Positions 52,122 through 64,000 of a stretch of 64,000 nt of DNA are shown in pieces. The DNA lies in NCBI GenBank assembly GCA_030704615.1, contig CM060731.1, forward strand, positions 20,770,001 through 20,834,000, read 5' to 3'. The DNA is from Takakia lepidozioides (lineage: Eukaryota; Plantae; Bryophyta). A program made the translations under genes and the position numbers. The notes below the pieces were generated by a model, which worked only from the letters and a program-made list of their open reading frames with translations, made no database searches and was not told the DNA's origin. Position 1 is the stretch's first letter, and each line of letters opens with the position of its first letter.

Positions 52122-52677
52122 TGTCGAGCGGCTTTTACTCACCCATCCCTTCGCTATCCGAGGTGGAAACTCCAAGATAGAAGAGTTGGATATCTCTAAG
52201 CACTCAGCCCGCTCAGAACAATCAGTCATGACCTATAGCTAATGTATCATGGGGGTACTTCCTATTTGTATTCCTTCTCATATTCATATTAGCAAGTTAT
52301 CTTACTATCTATGTTTAAATATCAGATTGCTTCATCAATCTACCAGGTTCCAATCACTCATCCATTCATTCCACAGCTTCACTCAGGTCTCTCTACACAA
52401 TGTGAGTATGGAATATGTATCAGATTAATATCTATCAAGTATCAAGCCGAAGCCATGGTGTCTCTAGTCTGCTCTACAGTACAACTCTACAGCTTGCATG
52501 AATCAAGCATCAATAGTTCGTTTCTCCTCCTCCACTGCGCTCTCCATCCCTCAGCTCCAGATCGTCCTTCTCTTCCCCGATGACCAAGTTGTGATCCCCA
52601 AGAAGCGTCTCTCCCTATTGCTACTCTGCCTATTCTACCTGCAAGCTATTCTAACTGCCTAACTAACTAACTGTCAT
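52122..52677 (-). repeat. 5' LTR of host element, missing its first ~420 bp
   Basis: Matches 27631-28186 (roughly 20 substitutions by eye, mostly transitions), then identity stops abruptly. Confidence 0.9.
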
Positions 52678-53038
52678 CATCAATGCTCACATTCATCTGT
52701 CATTACAATTATTCATCCACGTAACCATATTCATCCACTAATATTCATCCGTCCGACTTTTTTCATCTGTATCTCATCCAACCTCCACCGTACAGTGGAG
52801 ATTATATAATTAGACTCCATCTTCACATTACATGTTCCAGATCAAACAATAATTCCATTTCTATTCTACTTCTCTGAAATGTTCTTACGCGAGGGTATTT
52901 TTTTTTTTTGTATTGATTCATCTCTGAATAGAATTTTAACTTATACTGAAAATTTCTGTGAGTAAGGTTGTTACGGAGGGGTTTTGAGTTTCTTGAACCT
53001 CGCGTGTGCAGTGGAGGTTCCGGTGATCATGAGCTTAG

Positions 53039-55025
53039 AGATGGGTCAAAGAGTGTTTCTTACTCTTCCTGGGTCTTCATCTTCAGTAGCAACTGGGGAT
53101 TGTCTTAATGTCTCCGGGGTTGGGACCTGTCATGGACACCAATTATCTTCCTCAACCATTTCAGTGGTTCTCATCTCCTGTGATGAAGCACACTCATTAT
53201 GTCATCTTCCTTATGGACATATGGATGCTGACACCTTGAAGGAGGCCATTGGGACCCCGGTGGTGTGGAATATTGGCGAAGTTCATGCAGAGAATAACGA
53301 GTATCAAGGAGGGCATGACATGAATCGGCCTGATTTTACGCCGGAGACAAGGTATACTGCCAAAAATTCTGACGTCGACGAGGATGAATCAAACCACAGA
53401 CCATCGAAGAGTTCCGAGAATCCGAGCAGAAGACTTGGAAGAAACAACTGGAGAAACTTGCAGTGCGTACTGTTGGGTGATGATGGGGGTGCACTGTTCG
53501 AGGAGAAGATTCAAGCTTGTATTCTGGACGAGGTGATCCTCAATGACAAACTGGGAGAGGACGATGTTGGAGTTCTTGTCACCAGAATACTTACAGGAGG
53601 ATCTGGATCTTTGATGTCTCTTGTAAAATGGCTTTTAATAAAAACATGACTTTTGGAAAGTGGGAGACTACTCTCAAATGATCTGGAGAATTTTATTAGA
53701 TCTTCTGACAGTATCTTGTACGAAGATCACGAGGCAGATGTGAAGAAAGCGGCATATCGGCATTTTACGAGAAAGAAGAGGGATTGAGATTTGGAACACT
53801 CAAAAAAAAAAATGAAGAATCTTACTCTGGAGGAAGTCCGGTCCGTGAGCAGCAAACCTTGCTGCAGACTTCACTGCTGTCAATATTTCGATTGGCGAAA
53901 AACCTTGGCTATCCGTACTTCGTTTTGGGGATCCACTTTCGATGAGAGGAGAGAACATGGACTAAATGTTTCAAAACGATTTCACATGCTGGAAGGGACC
54001 TCTCGCAGGGCATACGTTATGATTGAGGGTGTAGATGTTTGTGAGACTGCGTGGTGGACAATTCATGGAATTGGTATGTCCACATACATGGAGTACAAAA
54101 AGTTGAGTAAACAGGGTTGGTTGTCAAGTCTCCATGGGAACCGCGGAGTGAAGAGGCCACGTCCACGGACGCTTCAGGCATAGGGTAACATTATGTCCAT
54201 TATCAACGGAAATATTGACCTCATGCCCCATACGACAAGATGCATTGGGGAGGGAAGGAGGGATACTTTGAGAGTCTTACCACCTGAAATGAACTGGAAG
54301 CGAATACGAGAAGAGTCCAACGAGGTATGAAATCTCCATCCTTCAATTTCATCCCTGGAAGTTTTTTCTGATTCAATGTGGATGACCCTCCCTTCGAATT
54401 TGTCTCTTTCGACTGTGGTTATAGTTTCATGAACCTCCACTGTCCAGTGGACGTTCCTTTCCTGACCCTTCCTTATTGTAACAGACTTTTCGGGTTAAAA
54501 GGAGTCTCGCAGTCGGCTGTTAGCCGCATCCGGAGTCGGATATTTTCTAATGTGGAGGTTCGTAAAACTGGGAGCACATTTGCGAAGTGCACGGAGTGTG
54601 AGATGTTAAAGGATCTGATCAAAAAGTCTGTCAAGAGAAGTGCGGAATATGTGACACACAAACGAGCGCTTGATAAACATTTGAGGCACCAAGAGTCGTG
54701 CAGAAGACTGTACCATAGCTAGAGAAATGAGTCTGTTCTGATCCCGGAGGAGTTTCTCTGTATTATTCACGACAAAATGGATCATAAGAAAACAGCTACT
54801 CCAAGGCTCCAGACTACAAACAAGATGATTTGTGGATTGGGTCAGCTTCCAGTTTCACTAACGGGAATGGCCACGCATGGATACGGTGATGGAGCTTACG
54901 GTCAGTATTCTCTTGAGTTCTGGAAGGGAAATTCAACTTTACAATTGGTTCTTTGGCACGTTGTTTGCGCCAGCTGGAGAAGCCAACCTGTCGCGAGTCC
55001 AGAAACATTTTTAAGACAAACGTGA
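53039..55025 (+). pseudogene. Sola-like DDD transposase, degenerate and 3'-truncated
   Basis: CCRLHCC, VCETAWWTIHGIG, HGN, FAKCTEC, IIHDKMDHKK..P, LTGMATHG. Internal stops, an intron near 54325-54500, and the C-terminal catalytic region is not seen. Confidence 0.75.
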
Positions 55026-56255
55026 TGCTCGTCCACTTCTGAGAAGACTGTACTTGCACGTTGTATGGCTTTGAGCCGATGGATAACATTAAGTCCAACG
55101 GATGTGAACGGATGTACAGTTGCTGGTACATTATGTCTGACTGCAACGCCAAAGTTGCAATCTCTAATAAAATATGAATGTTTATCATCTGTGTACGCGG
55201 ACTCATTCTTTCATGTCATCCTCTTCATCACATGCCATGATTGTTCTATGTTTGGTTTTGTATGTCATCTGATATGGCAACCATTTTGTGCAAAAAGTTT
55301 TACATATTTGACCTCACATCATGGTGTAATTTATTGCATCTTCCCATTTTTTCGTGAACGTCAACTTGGCATTGGATGTTCTTCTAAAACCACAATACAT
55401 ACTTATATTGTCTCCAAAAAATGTTTGGAGGATTATTGTTCATGGTTATATTGTGCATAAAATAGTCAAATAATCATATATATCGCTTTATTTCAATAAT
55501 AAATTTTGTTTATTCATATTTCTCATATTATTTCTGGACCAAACAAAAGTCCAGAAATAGTTAAAATAGTGTTCTATACAGAGCATGACCATGTTGCAGG
55601 CCATGGACCAAAGCTCTCTCTCCTTCAGATCTCTCCTCCGAGGTTTTCACCTACAGGAGTTTGCAAAGTGCAGTCATGTCGGCAAATTGTTTGTATTGTC
55701 TCTAAGATACAAACTTGTAACTTAACTAAGCTATTGGGGTCGTTGGATGCACGACTTCAAGAGGAAATACGGGGCCCATCTAAGTCAATATTCTAGCCGT
55801 ACTTTTGTGCATAAAATCGGATAAGCTCGAAGACTTACTCCAGCGTGTCACAGTGTGGACAAAAGGGAAGGTGGAGAAATGAGCACCAGCTTGCCACTGT
55901 TCCCCAGCATTTGGCCATTACAACTGCCAGAAGTCCCCGTCTTCTCTGGGACCTGGAAACTGCCCCACAAACTCATGAAATGTCACAAGCTTGCAAAGCC
56001 TTCATTCCATCTGGACCGATTGTCCCCAGGAGGATTAATTGATGGTACAACTAGCAAATGGCCCAAAACAATCTAAGGGTTAAAAAGGGCCAGCACCAAA
56101 CAACCAAATGAAACTTGAAGCCAAGAATTACACTTTACAGCTTATCCAGTGGGGGTGGCAGGGCCTCCGTTGATCCTCAGAATGATTCTGTGCCACTGAC
56201 TGCAACATCAGAGAAGCGCGCATGCCCGCTTACAAAGAATTTAGTTGCTGCATCG

Positions 56256-59200
56256 TTAGTAGTCCAACTCTGTTTGCTGCTCAGCTGCTTGGGCTTTCCA
56301 ATAAGAATGTGCCTGTGTCACCCTCTCCAGTAGCTCTTCAGGCACTGGCTCCCCCCTGCGCTGATGTGGTGCGATTCGAGCGGTGTGTACAAGTGTCTTC
56401 CATTTGTCCTGTACCATAAAACCTATACATTAGCTCTTGAAAGGGGGTAAATCTGGGTATCCAGTTTCAATCACAGGTGACCTTGGCAAACCTAAGGCCA
56501 CTCGGTAACGAGTCTCGGAAGCAGTTGAGAGGGGTAAAGTACCAAACCAGAATGTTTTGCCTGGTACAAGGGTGTCTTTGTGTGTCTCATCTCAAGTTGC
56601 AAACTTTTAAGATTGCAATGAGTGCCCTTATGCCTGCTGAAAACCGAAGTTCCAGCCATTAATCAAGACATTAACCAAAGACTTCAGCAACAAGCCCCAC
56701 ACACAAACCACAAACTACCAATAGGAGGTCAATCCTCCATTGGGCAAGGCATCCATGAGGGTAGACCTGAAGGGTTGGAAGCCGACACTCGTCCCTCAGG
56801 TGTGCACATCCTGTGTGATATACCTAGCAGTGCTGCCAATCCAGCAGTGACCTTCGTTTCAAAAGTCTCCATGTCCTACATATCCTTGCTGGGTCATGTA
56901 CCAGCCACTCCGGCAGGAGGGAGTGGATAGCCATGGGAAAAGGGAGAGGAGAGAGAGAGAGAATGAATAAGTCTTCAATGCTCATGGAAAGCCCAAAGAG
57001 CAGCGAAAGTCTACACCTGCAGCAGTGTCAAAAGATGCAAATACATCTCACATACATCAGCATGTACGTCAACTAAAACATATGTCAGTGGGCTGAAACC
57101 CTGCAGAAATGTGCAGTTCTCATGACTGTTCTTTGAGATTACATATTCAAGGACATCAGTCATGGTCAGGCATCAGCTGAAAGGTTTCCCTATTGACGTG
57201 ATTCTTAATCAAGCAAGACTCTTGAACACCACAAACATGAGCTTTTAAAGTTCTGCAGACCATTGATCACAAAGTGACACATGCTTTCAAATGCTTGAGC
57301 TTCTGGCATTTAACTGAGGGTAATCACAACCAAGGGTATTGAAGCCATTCAGCCAGCTCCTTCTCTGACAGTAAAATAGACTTACTCAACTCATGTCCAT
57401 GACTCGATGCACGTGGCCAGCTCCATGTACCAACCAGGCTCACATAGTAACCATATTGTAAAGCCTATACCCCAGACACAGCGTAGAGGATAGGGGCTTT
57501 CTCAGTGAAGAATCATTAATTGTCGAGTTCAACTACAAGAGGAAAACAGCTTCTAATGCAGGAGAACCAGTCAGGGCGCAAAGTGCTGGTGGTATGTTCA
57601 GTGATCTTCACCAGTGACATCCTAACTATATGCGGTTGGTACAAACATTCTGGATATGTACCAACTCTGTTAGCCTTTCACAGGGAGCAAAGGGAGAAAA
57701 ATGGCATTAAAAGGACACCTTCAGATCAACGTAGGTCCGATGCTTGGCCTGATCAAATGCCCGCAACTTCACATCACGCCACCTGAACACACATGCCAGT
57801 AGCTGCTAAGAAATTGACCCAAGCCTTACACATAAGGTATCATAACAGCATCACAACACACACAGGAAAGTCAACTTCACTGGAGAGAGGGAGAGCCATA
57901 CATGCCATTGCCTTATGACCAAGCACGTGAATCCCAGTTCACTGGTGGCGAGGAGACTAAGGTGGGAAATAGAGAATTGAGGGACAGAGGCACACAAACA
58001 CACTTTCTTCACTTCTCTCTTCCTCAAGGGCAACAACAAGGACCCAGACTCGACCAAGGTATGCACTTCTCAATTTGTTTTCCTTTTATTTGTTCAGTTT
58101 CTGTGGCAGAACATGATATGTGCATGTAAAGCTACTTGGTCGAATGCATTGTGGCGCTCTGACTACTCTCTCCCTCAGCTTTAAGACTTCCTGAAACAAT
58201 CAGGATTGATTTTGTTGATGGTCAAACACAGTTGGACCAACCAGAAAAAAAATTTACCTCCCACCAACACATCCAATACCTGCCAGTACCGAGCTTCTCA
58301 ACAGCATGAACAAGCACCTCCACCTCAGCAACACTAAAAGGGCGGCGCACGCGGCGCTTGCCAATATCGAGAGCACGCGACTTCTGTCGCAAGGGCACCA
58401 GTGCCATGCCCGGTAAGTTCTCCCCACTGCCCATGCTCGGGTGCAGAATGATAGCCCCTGATCCTCCCACTATGGAGTTGTGTGCAACATTATGGGACAA
58501 AGTGGGAGGCGGCTCCAGCTCATTTTTGGCCCGGCGACTGGCATCTGCTTGTGCCCGGATTGCTGCCAAGGCCCCTGCAGCAGCCACCCGTGTAGAGTGA
58601 GGGGAGAGGGACATCTGCTCATTGAGGTGCGACTTGGGCTTCATTCCATTGCACCCTTTCAACGAGTCATCAGGTGTTACAGACAGTGCAATGCCTGACC
58701 GCTTTCCGTCAATGTACCCTTGTTGGTCCTCAGGCATAGGGGCTCCATATACCACATCAGTCTCCCCTACCATTCCGTTGCCCTTGCTGGACCGTCCTTT
58801 CCCAGGACAACTCCCTCCTACCTCGGCATCACCAGAGACTCCTGAGACCCCAAAGACCGGATACCTGCAAGCAGAATGGTCAAGAAGGGTTAAAGAACAG
58901 CCAATTGCAGAATGTCATTACTGAGTCCAATGTATCTCTGCACAACATAACACAATGGCTTTGAGACACAGCTAACAATAGCTTAACGGCCCGCCCAATT
59001 GACGTGCGTCTTCTCTCTCGTGAAATCTTCAGAGATACCCATTAATACCTATGGAGACTGCCCCAGGACCAGTGACACTACCAAAAAGGATGAGCCTCCC
59101 GGGGCAAAGCACTTACTAAGGGGGGAGGAGCAATAGAAAGACGGAAAGACAAATGAAAACAGAGACAGTGAGAAAAAGGGGATTGACACAGCAAACACAG

Positions 59201-62200
59201 CAGGTGGAAGCATACCCGGGTGCTGTCTGATTTGCGGCACGAGAGAGAACAAGCAGAGGGTCTTCAGAGGTGGCAGATGGAGAGGTGGGTACGGGACTAG
59301 GTTCCAGCATGAAGCCAAGTGACTCTGGCTTTGCACAGCGAGAGATACCCATCTGAGAGAGAGTAGCCCCCTCATCTGGAACCTTCTTGCCTTGCAGGAG
59401 CACACGCACACGCAGGCCCTCTCCAAGCAGATTCATGGCCGCATCCATCACCGCTTTCTGTGACTCAGTGAGACACAAGAGTAATCACTTTGTCCGTCTG
59501 GAAATTTGAAGCAATGTGATGAAGGAGAAACTAACAGTTAACTGTAAGGATAATGCTCCCACACATTCACGCCCAATTTTTACTTGAATTTTGGTGCTGC
59601 TGCTGTGGCATGTGGCACAACAGGCAAGCGTACTAAATGCCAACATACAATTGATAGGTCAAGTTAGACACCAACGCCCAGCAGACTAGTCTATTAGTGC
59701 CTTGAATCCAAGTTAGATCTTAAAGATGTACAGAATCCACAATCGCTCAACTGTATACTGCTATACAGAGTGATCTAATCAGAAGAACAGTCGATCCTAG
59801 TAGGAAATGTCACATTGCACAATATTCCCTATTAGTATCCTTTCTGAGAAAAACTGACTGTGATCAATGCAAAACCAGATGGACAAGAGGCAAGCTTGCC
59901 TTAAGGCTCGCAACAGTAGCTGATTCTGGTAAATCCACACAGAGCTCTGGAATAGTAAATGATTTGATGCTGAGCTTGACTGCAGCAGAACAAAGAAAAT
60001 AAATCAGCACAGACCCCTCTCCTTAGTGGGTGTGAGAGAAGCTTAAACCCACAGAAGTACATTAGACTGAAGTATAGTATAACACACCAACCAAACCAGA
60101 CAGACAGCAAAATCAATCATAAAGCAATGCACTATGAAGTTATAAAGGTGTACTACACATCTCAGCCTACGTTACCATTTTCAGGGTGGTTTTGAGGAGC
60201 CGAGTCATTCTGGAACAGCTTAAACTTCTGAAAAGAACTCATCTGGACCTTACTGTCCTCTTAAAATCGAGATTGTTAAGTATAATGAACTATAAGTTCA
60301 GGATCATGTATCTGACTAGGAAACAACTCAAACCACCTAACAGGCGTACCATTTGGTTCCATAGACTTCTTAGAGCACAGCTTTGAAGGGCCCTTCACAG
60401 TAGGAGAAGACACCACGCTAGCAGCTTTTGCTGCAAAAATATGTGAATTTGTCACCCTTCAGCTTCACAACATCGGAAGGTCCACCTTTTCTACTAGAGA
60501 GGCACACAGTTTATTCAGGCCCACATCCTTCCTAGAACTTCCACAAAACAAACTGGAACATCATGACAAATTCCAACTACACAATCACACATCCCCATGG
60601 AGGGAGCCCTAGCAACCAAAACAGAGATAGCAACATAGCAACTTCACAAAGGAGAAGATTACCACTGCGGAGCTTAGCTGCAGCTGCAGGGGGCTCATCA
60701 TCCACACAATTGTATCCCAACTCCACAAGCTTGTTGGTATTCACATGCAACATTGGAGAGGGATTTGCACTTCCATCCACAATCTTCCTTTTCTTGGCTG
60801 GCAGCCCTCTGGCAGTTCGTTGCCGTGTGAAGGCGGCTATCCCACCAAAGACAGCTTCATTTCCAGACATTGCCTCTGGAGACCAAATTCAGAAAATGTT
60901 GAATACAGACCCCCTTAGCTTGCTGTGTGCAAGCCTCCTAGAAGTCCGGTATCAACCATCAATACGCAGCTTTGGAAATCATTATTTCTAGTTGTTAACC
61001 ACAATGATAGATGCCTTGCATCATAAAAGTTTAGGTTCAGATATTTTCAGTTACAGAGAGAGTCAACAGATGGATTATTGTCCAACACAGAGTCACTTCC
61101 TACCTTCGCTTGAGCCTGAATCTGTTGACTCCATGTCAGTGTGCATGCACTTAGACCTTTTGCCTGAGCCCCGGCTATGCTTCACTGCTTTGGCAACCTT
61201 ACGGGCTTTCATACCCTTTCTGTATGAATCATTCAGCTTTCCTGTCGTTGTCTCTGGCAGACAGCGGTGGGAAGACTGATGGCTGTTGATCTTCTCCTTC
61301 CTGGAAAATTTGGCATTCCTCTTGCTCGCAGCACTCTCCAACATGTCGCTTTCACTCCCCACGGCCCCTGGAGCGGCAACCTGCGAAACTCCTGATGTCA
61401 CAACTGTAGGTGAGTTGTTTGCATTGAGAATTATGGTCTTATCTTCCAGTTCCATGCTGGCTCCATTTTCCTCCCTTATTTCGGCCACATGAACAGACAT
61501 TGCTGGTTTCAAGTCATCACTTATCCCTGTGATATTGCCATATGGTTCTGACTCTGGAACTGGGCTGCCCGATTTCTTTACCACAACTTCTTGGACAGGA
61601 CCCCATCCAGCCTTGAACTCTCCTAGCCCTCGAGAGTATTCCATCTTTGCTTCTGAGACATCACTCAATGTACTGTGCTGCCCTGGTGAGCATGGTGGGC
61701 TATCATGTGCCCCACATGGCCGGTGGACCACCATTTCACTTGATGACACATCCTCCACAGAATTCAGGGTTGCTGGCCTCTTGTCTTTCATTACTTCCTC
61801 TGACCCAACCCCTTCAATGTAAGGTTCTACACATTCACCTGCAGGGCATTGCTTGATCGCTGTGCCTCCAAGGGACTCTGCCAACGAAACAGATCCCAGC
61901 CTTGAAGCAGGATTGCCACTTAACTGACTAGTATCAGAAACAAGTGGCGTTTCCTGCATGAGATTCTCCCACCAAATTAGTTATCATGGGTCTCTGGCAT
62001 ATTTAGCCTCTGAAACTTTTTCACCAAATAGGCACTCGACATCTGGCTGCGGAAGAAGTGTGCCCCAGGCATTCAGGGCATCCAGAGGTGTCCCTCACTT
62101 TACTGAGGATTTTTATCACATGCATTCATGGCAAAATTGAACCAACTACTCTCTCACCATCTGAGTCTGACCACTTTACCTGGTAAATCAGGGAATATAT

Positions 62201-63485
62201 GTCTACATGAAAGGCTGCACAAAACAACCAGTGGCACAGATACAGAAACCTACAGGGAGCACTTACATCAAGACCCGCTTCAACTATAAAATCCGGCATC
62301 ATCTGATCCCCATGTACAGAAAGAGTTCTCTGTACAGGTGCAATATTGCCTTCATCCAATGGAATGTCTTTAACAACAGCCACATTGCTTTCCTCCTGCA
62401 ATAGACCAAGTGCAACAGGCTCACAGTTTGCAGTTCTGACATCATCATTGTCTTTTGTTGCATCAGCCTCACCTTCACCTGCCCCATCAATCTTCAAGTC
62501 CCCTTCTTTCCTACTTGCTTCATCCAGGGCATCCAGACACGGGATAAGGGAAGAAATTGTTGCAGGCTGCGTTCCATCTGGCAAAACCTGGTTTAGCAGA
62601 CCTCCTATGCCTGTTAATTGCAAGTCCATCCCTGATGAAAACTTTCCTTCAACTTTCTCTGGGTCACCCAGTGTGGCCCCATCCTGCTCCTCTCCAACGC
62701 CAGCATTGTCTAGGAACTGGCCAGCCACAGTGGCTAACAGCTCAAAGAATCCTGTGCGGTCCCCAAAGTTGGACTGTCGTTGTGCAGCTTCTCCTCGCCC
62801 CTACAAAAAAGGGAACCGCATGCAACATTTCACAGGAAGGACAACCAGCTCGTGCTCGCAATGTAACTCAAGTAACACATCTGTGTAACCGAAAATGAAG
62901 GAAGCAAACTTAAAATATCCAGCCATTTACAGAGCCCCAAGAGGAAGCAACAGCAACTCAAATCTAAACACTCCACCATCCATTGCAGGCAGTAAATGTG
63001 AAATTGCTGGAGGCAGTTACTAGGGAGAAAACATTTCTCCGATCTGTTAAACCAAAGCTTTTCCTTTCACATAGGCAAATTTGAGAAGCATGCGAGCTTG
63101 ATACGAGTAGAAACTGTGCTAAGGATGCTTCTGTGGTGAGATCACCAATCCAGATTCGCTGCAGCTCCTGCAGGAGCAAGATTTGGCATGACCTGGACCA
63201 CAATCTAGAGAAGAATTTTGCCAACACAAATTCCATGTATCAATGCAGATCCTATAGAACAAGAAAATTATGCTAGCATTTTAAGTGCACAGGCTGCCAG
63301 TTCTATGGCTCATATAATTCACCGCAATAAAAAACAGATCCCTCCATAAAAAGCAGAAATGAGAAAATATGGACAGAGAGAATGTCAGCAAAAGTCCATA
63401 CTCGAGAAGAGCGCATTGCTCGAGGCAGGGCGGGTCCATTGTAGCCAGGAAAATCACCTACTACCTTCCGACCTTGAGCATCCAT
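56256..63485 (-). CDS. TRP/TRFL-type telomere repeat-binding protein, paralogue B (complete). Exons 63485-63402, 62800-62267, ~61953-61104, 60875-60663, 59979-59900, 59457-59216, 58864-58280, 57782-57719, 56408-56256
   Basis: Ubiquitin-like domain VKLSIKSFTIPEL...GLRVRVLLQGKKV...LGFMLEP. Telobox Myb RRVRRPFSVAEVEVLVHAVEKLGTGRWRDVKLRAFDQAKHRTYVDLKDKWKTLVHTA. Myb extension PHQRRGEPVPEELLERV..AHSYW. Intron phases are consistent. Confidence 0.93.
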
Positions 63486-64000
63486 CCTTCCTCACATTAC
63501 CCTTGCATGCAACCCATATCCAATCTCCCAGCAATCTGACAAACTTTGTACCAAAATCCCTGTGCCTTAGTTGACACTAAAACAGTCTTGCCAGGTTTGC
63601 AAAAAACCTTCAGTTCCCTCTTAGCATACTGATATAATGAGGGCCTTCATTGTCCTTCAAATGAGTGCTCCCTGGCACATGCAACGCAGTCTGGGACCAA
63701 ATAACATGCCAGATTAGTATGTAGTTCAATCAAAACATTCTGAATACGTCAAAAGCCTTGCAATTGATCTCACTGAAGCTCCCAATGCTGACCCTTACCT
63801 GAGAAAATAGTAACCTCTCTAAGAACTCTCACCATGATCAGATGCAGCCTCTATACAACGAGCAAACATCAGAATGTCTACACAGATATAAATGAGAAAA
63901 TTAGAAATCACTCCTAATAAGAAAAATCGAAAACCCTGGACAAATCATAGTCATGCTTCTGAGACTCATCCAACACAAGGCTCTGGCAAAATCCTTGTTA

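Larger units (their letters stand above)
27631..52677 (-). mobile_element. Ty3/Gypsy LTR retrotransposon, non-chromovirus Athila/Tat group (host element); 5' LTR truncated
   Basis: Direct repeats 27631-28186 and 52122-52677, PBS, PPT, and gag-PR-RT-RH-INT order once the inversion is undone. RT motif DPFPLPF...YSFMDGFSGYNQ. No additional archaeal-type RNase H seen. Confidence 0.92.
21877..55573 (+). mobile_element. Sola-like DNA transposon (~8.7 kb of own sequence), expanded by nested retrotransposons
   Basis: TIR AACACTATTTTAA(t/c)TA(a/t)TTCTGGACTTTTG at both ends. 4-bp TSD CTAT (21873-21876, 55574-55577). Transposase remnant at 53039-55025. A shared hairpin motif occurs in both halves. Confidence 0.75.

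Noticed and set aside
21879-55571. CACTA/EnSpm element (ends read CACTA...TAGTG)
   Set aside because: The 3-bp flanks do not match (TAA vs TTC). Extending the TIR by AA gives a perfect 4-bp TSD, and the transposase is Sola-like, not TnpD.
630-62898. Numerous short opposite-strand ORFs in the track (e.g. 630-1130, 2143-2514, 62346-62888)
   Set aside because: They are antisense shadows of real exons or TE ORFs; their mutual similarity simply reflects the TRFL duplication.

Overview
Eukaryotic plant nuclear DNA with spliceosomal introns. The gene and TE types suggest a non-seed plant, probably a bryophyte (inference). Two tandem minus-strand paralogues of a TRP/TRFL-type telomere-repeat-binding Myb gene (50-2828, partial; 56256-63485, complete) bracket ~50 kb of mostly degenerate, nested mobile DNA. 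(1) A 13-kb DNA element (8469-21474) has ~520-bp TIRs and a 7-bp TSD. It carries an IS3EU-like integrase-core transposase, a divergent HECT E3-ligase gene and a captured PIF fragment, and has a hAT MITE in its left TIR. (2) A Sola-like DNA transposon (21877-55573, 4-bp TSD) has a second ParB-like/possibly methyltransferase-like ORF. (3) An Athila/Tat-group Ty3/Gypsy element (27631-52677) is inserted in (2). (4) A second, unusual Gypsy-type element is inserted in the RT gene of (3). Its Pol reads Gag-PR-C5 cytosine DNA methyltransferase-RT-RNaseH-integrase-PHD finger. Its termini are not ordinary LTRs but split direct repeats (A...B-A-B) with a palindromic internal end-to-end junction and a 4-bp TSD. 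A ~6.8-kb inversion (about 33513-40271) splits both the methyltransferase and the host integrase, which hides this element in the ORF track. Element (4) is the best candidate for an undescribed system. All calls are by-eye motif recognition; no searches were run.
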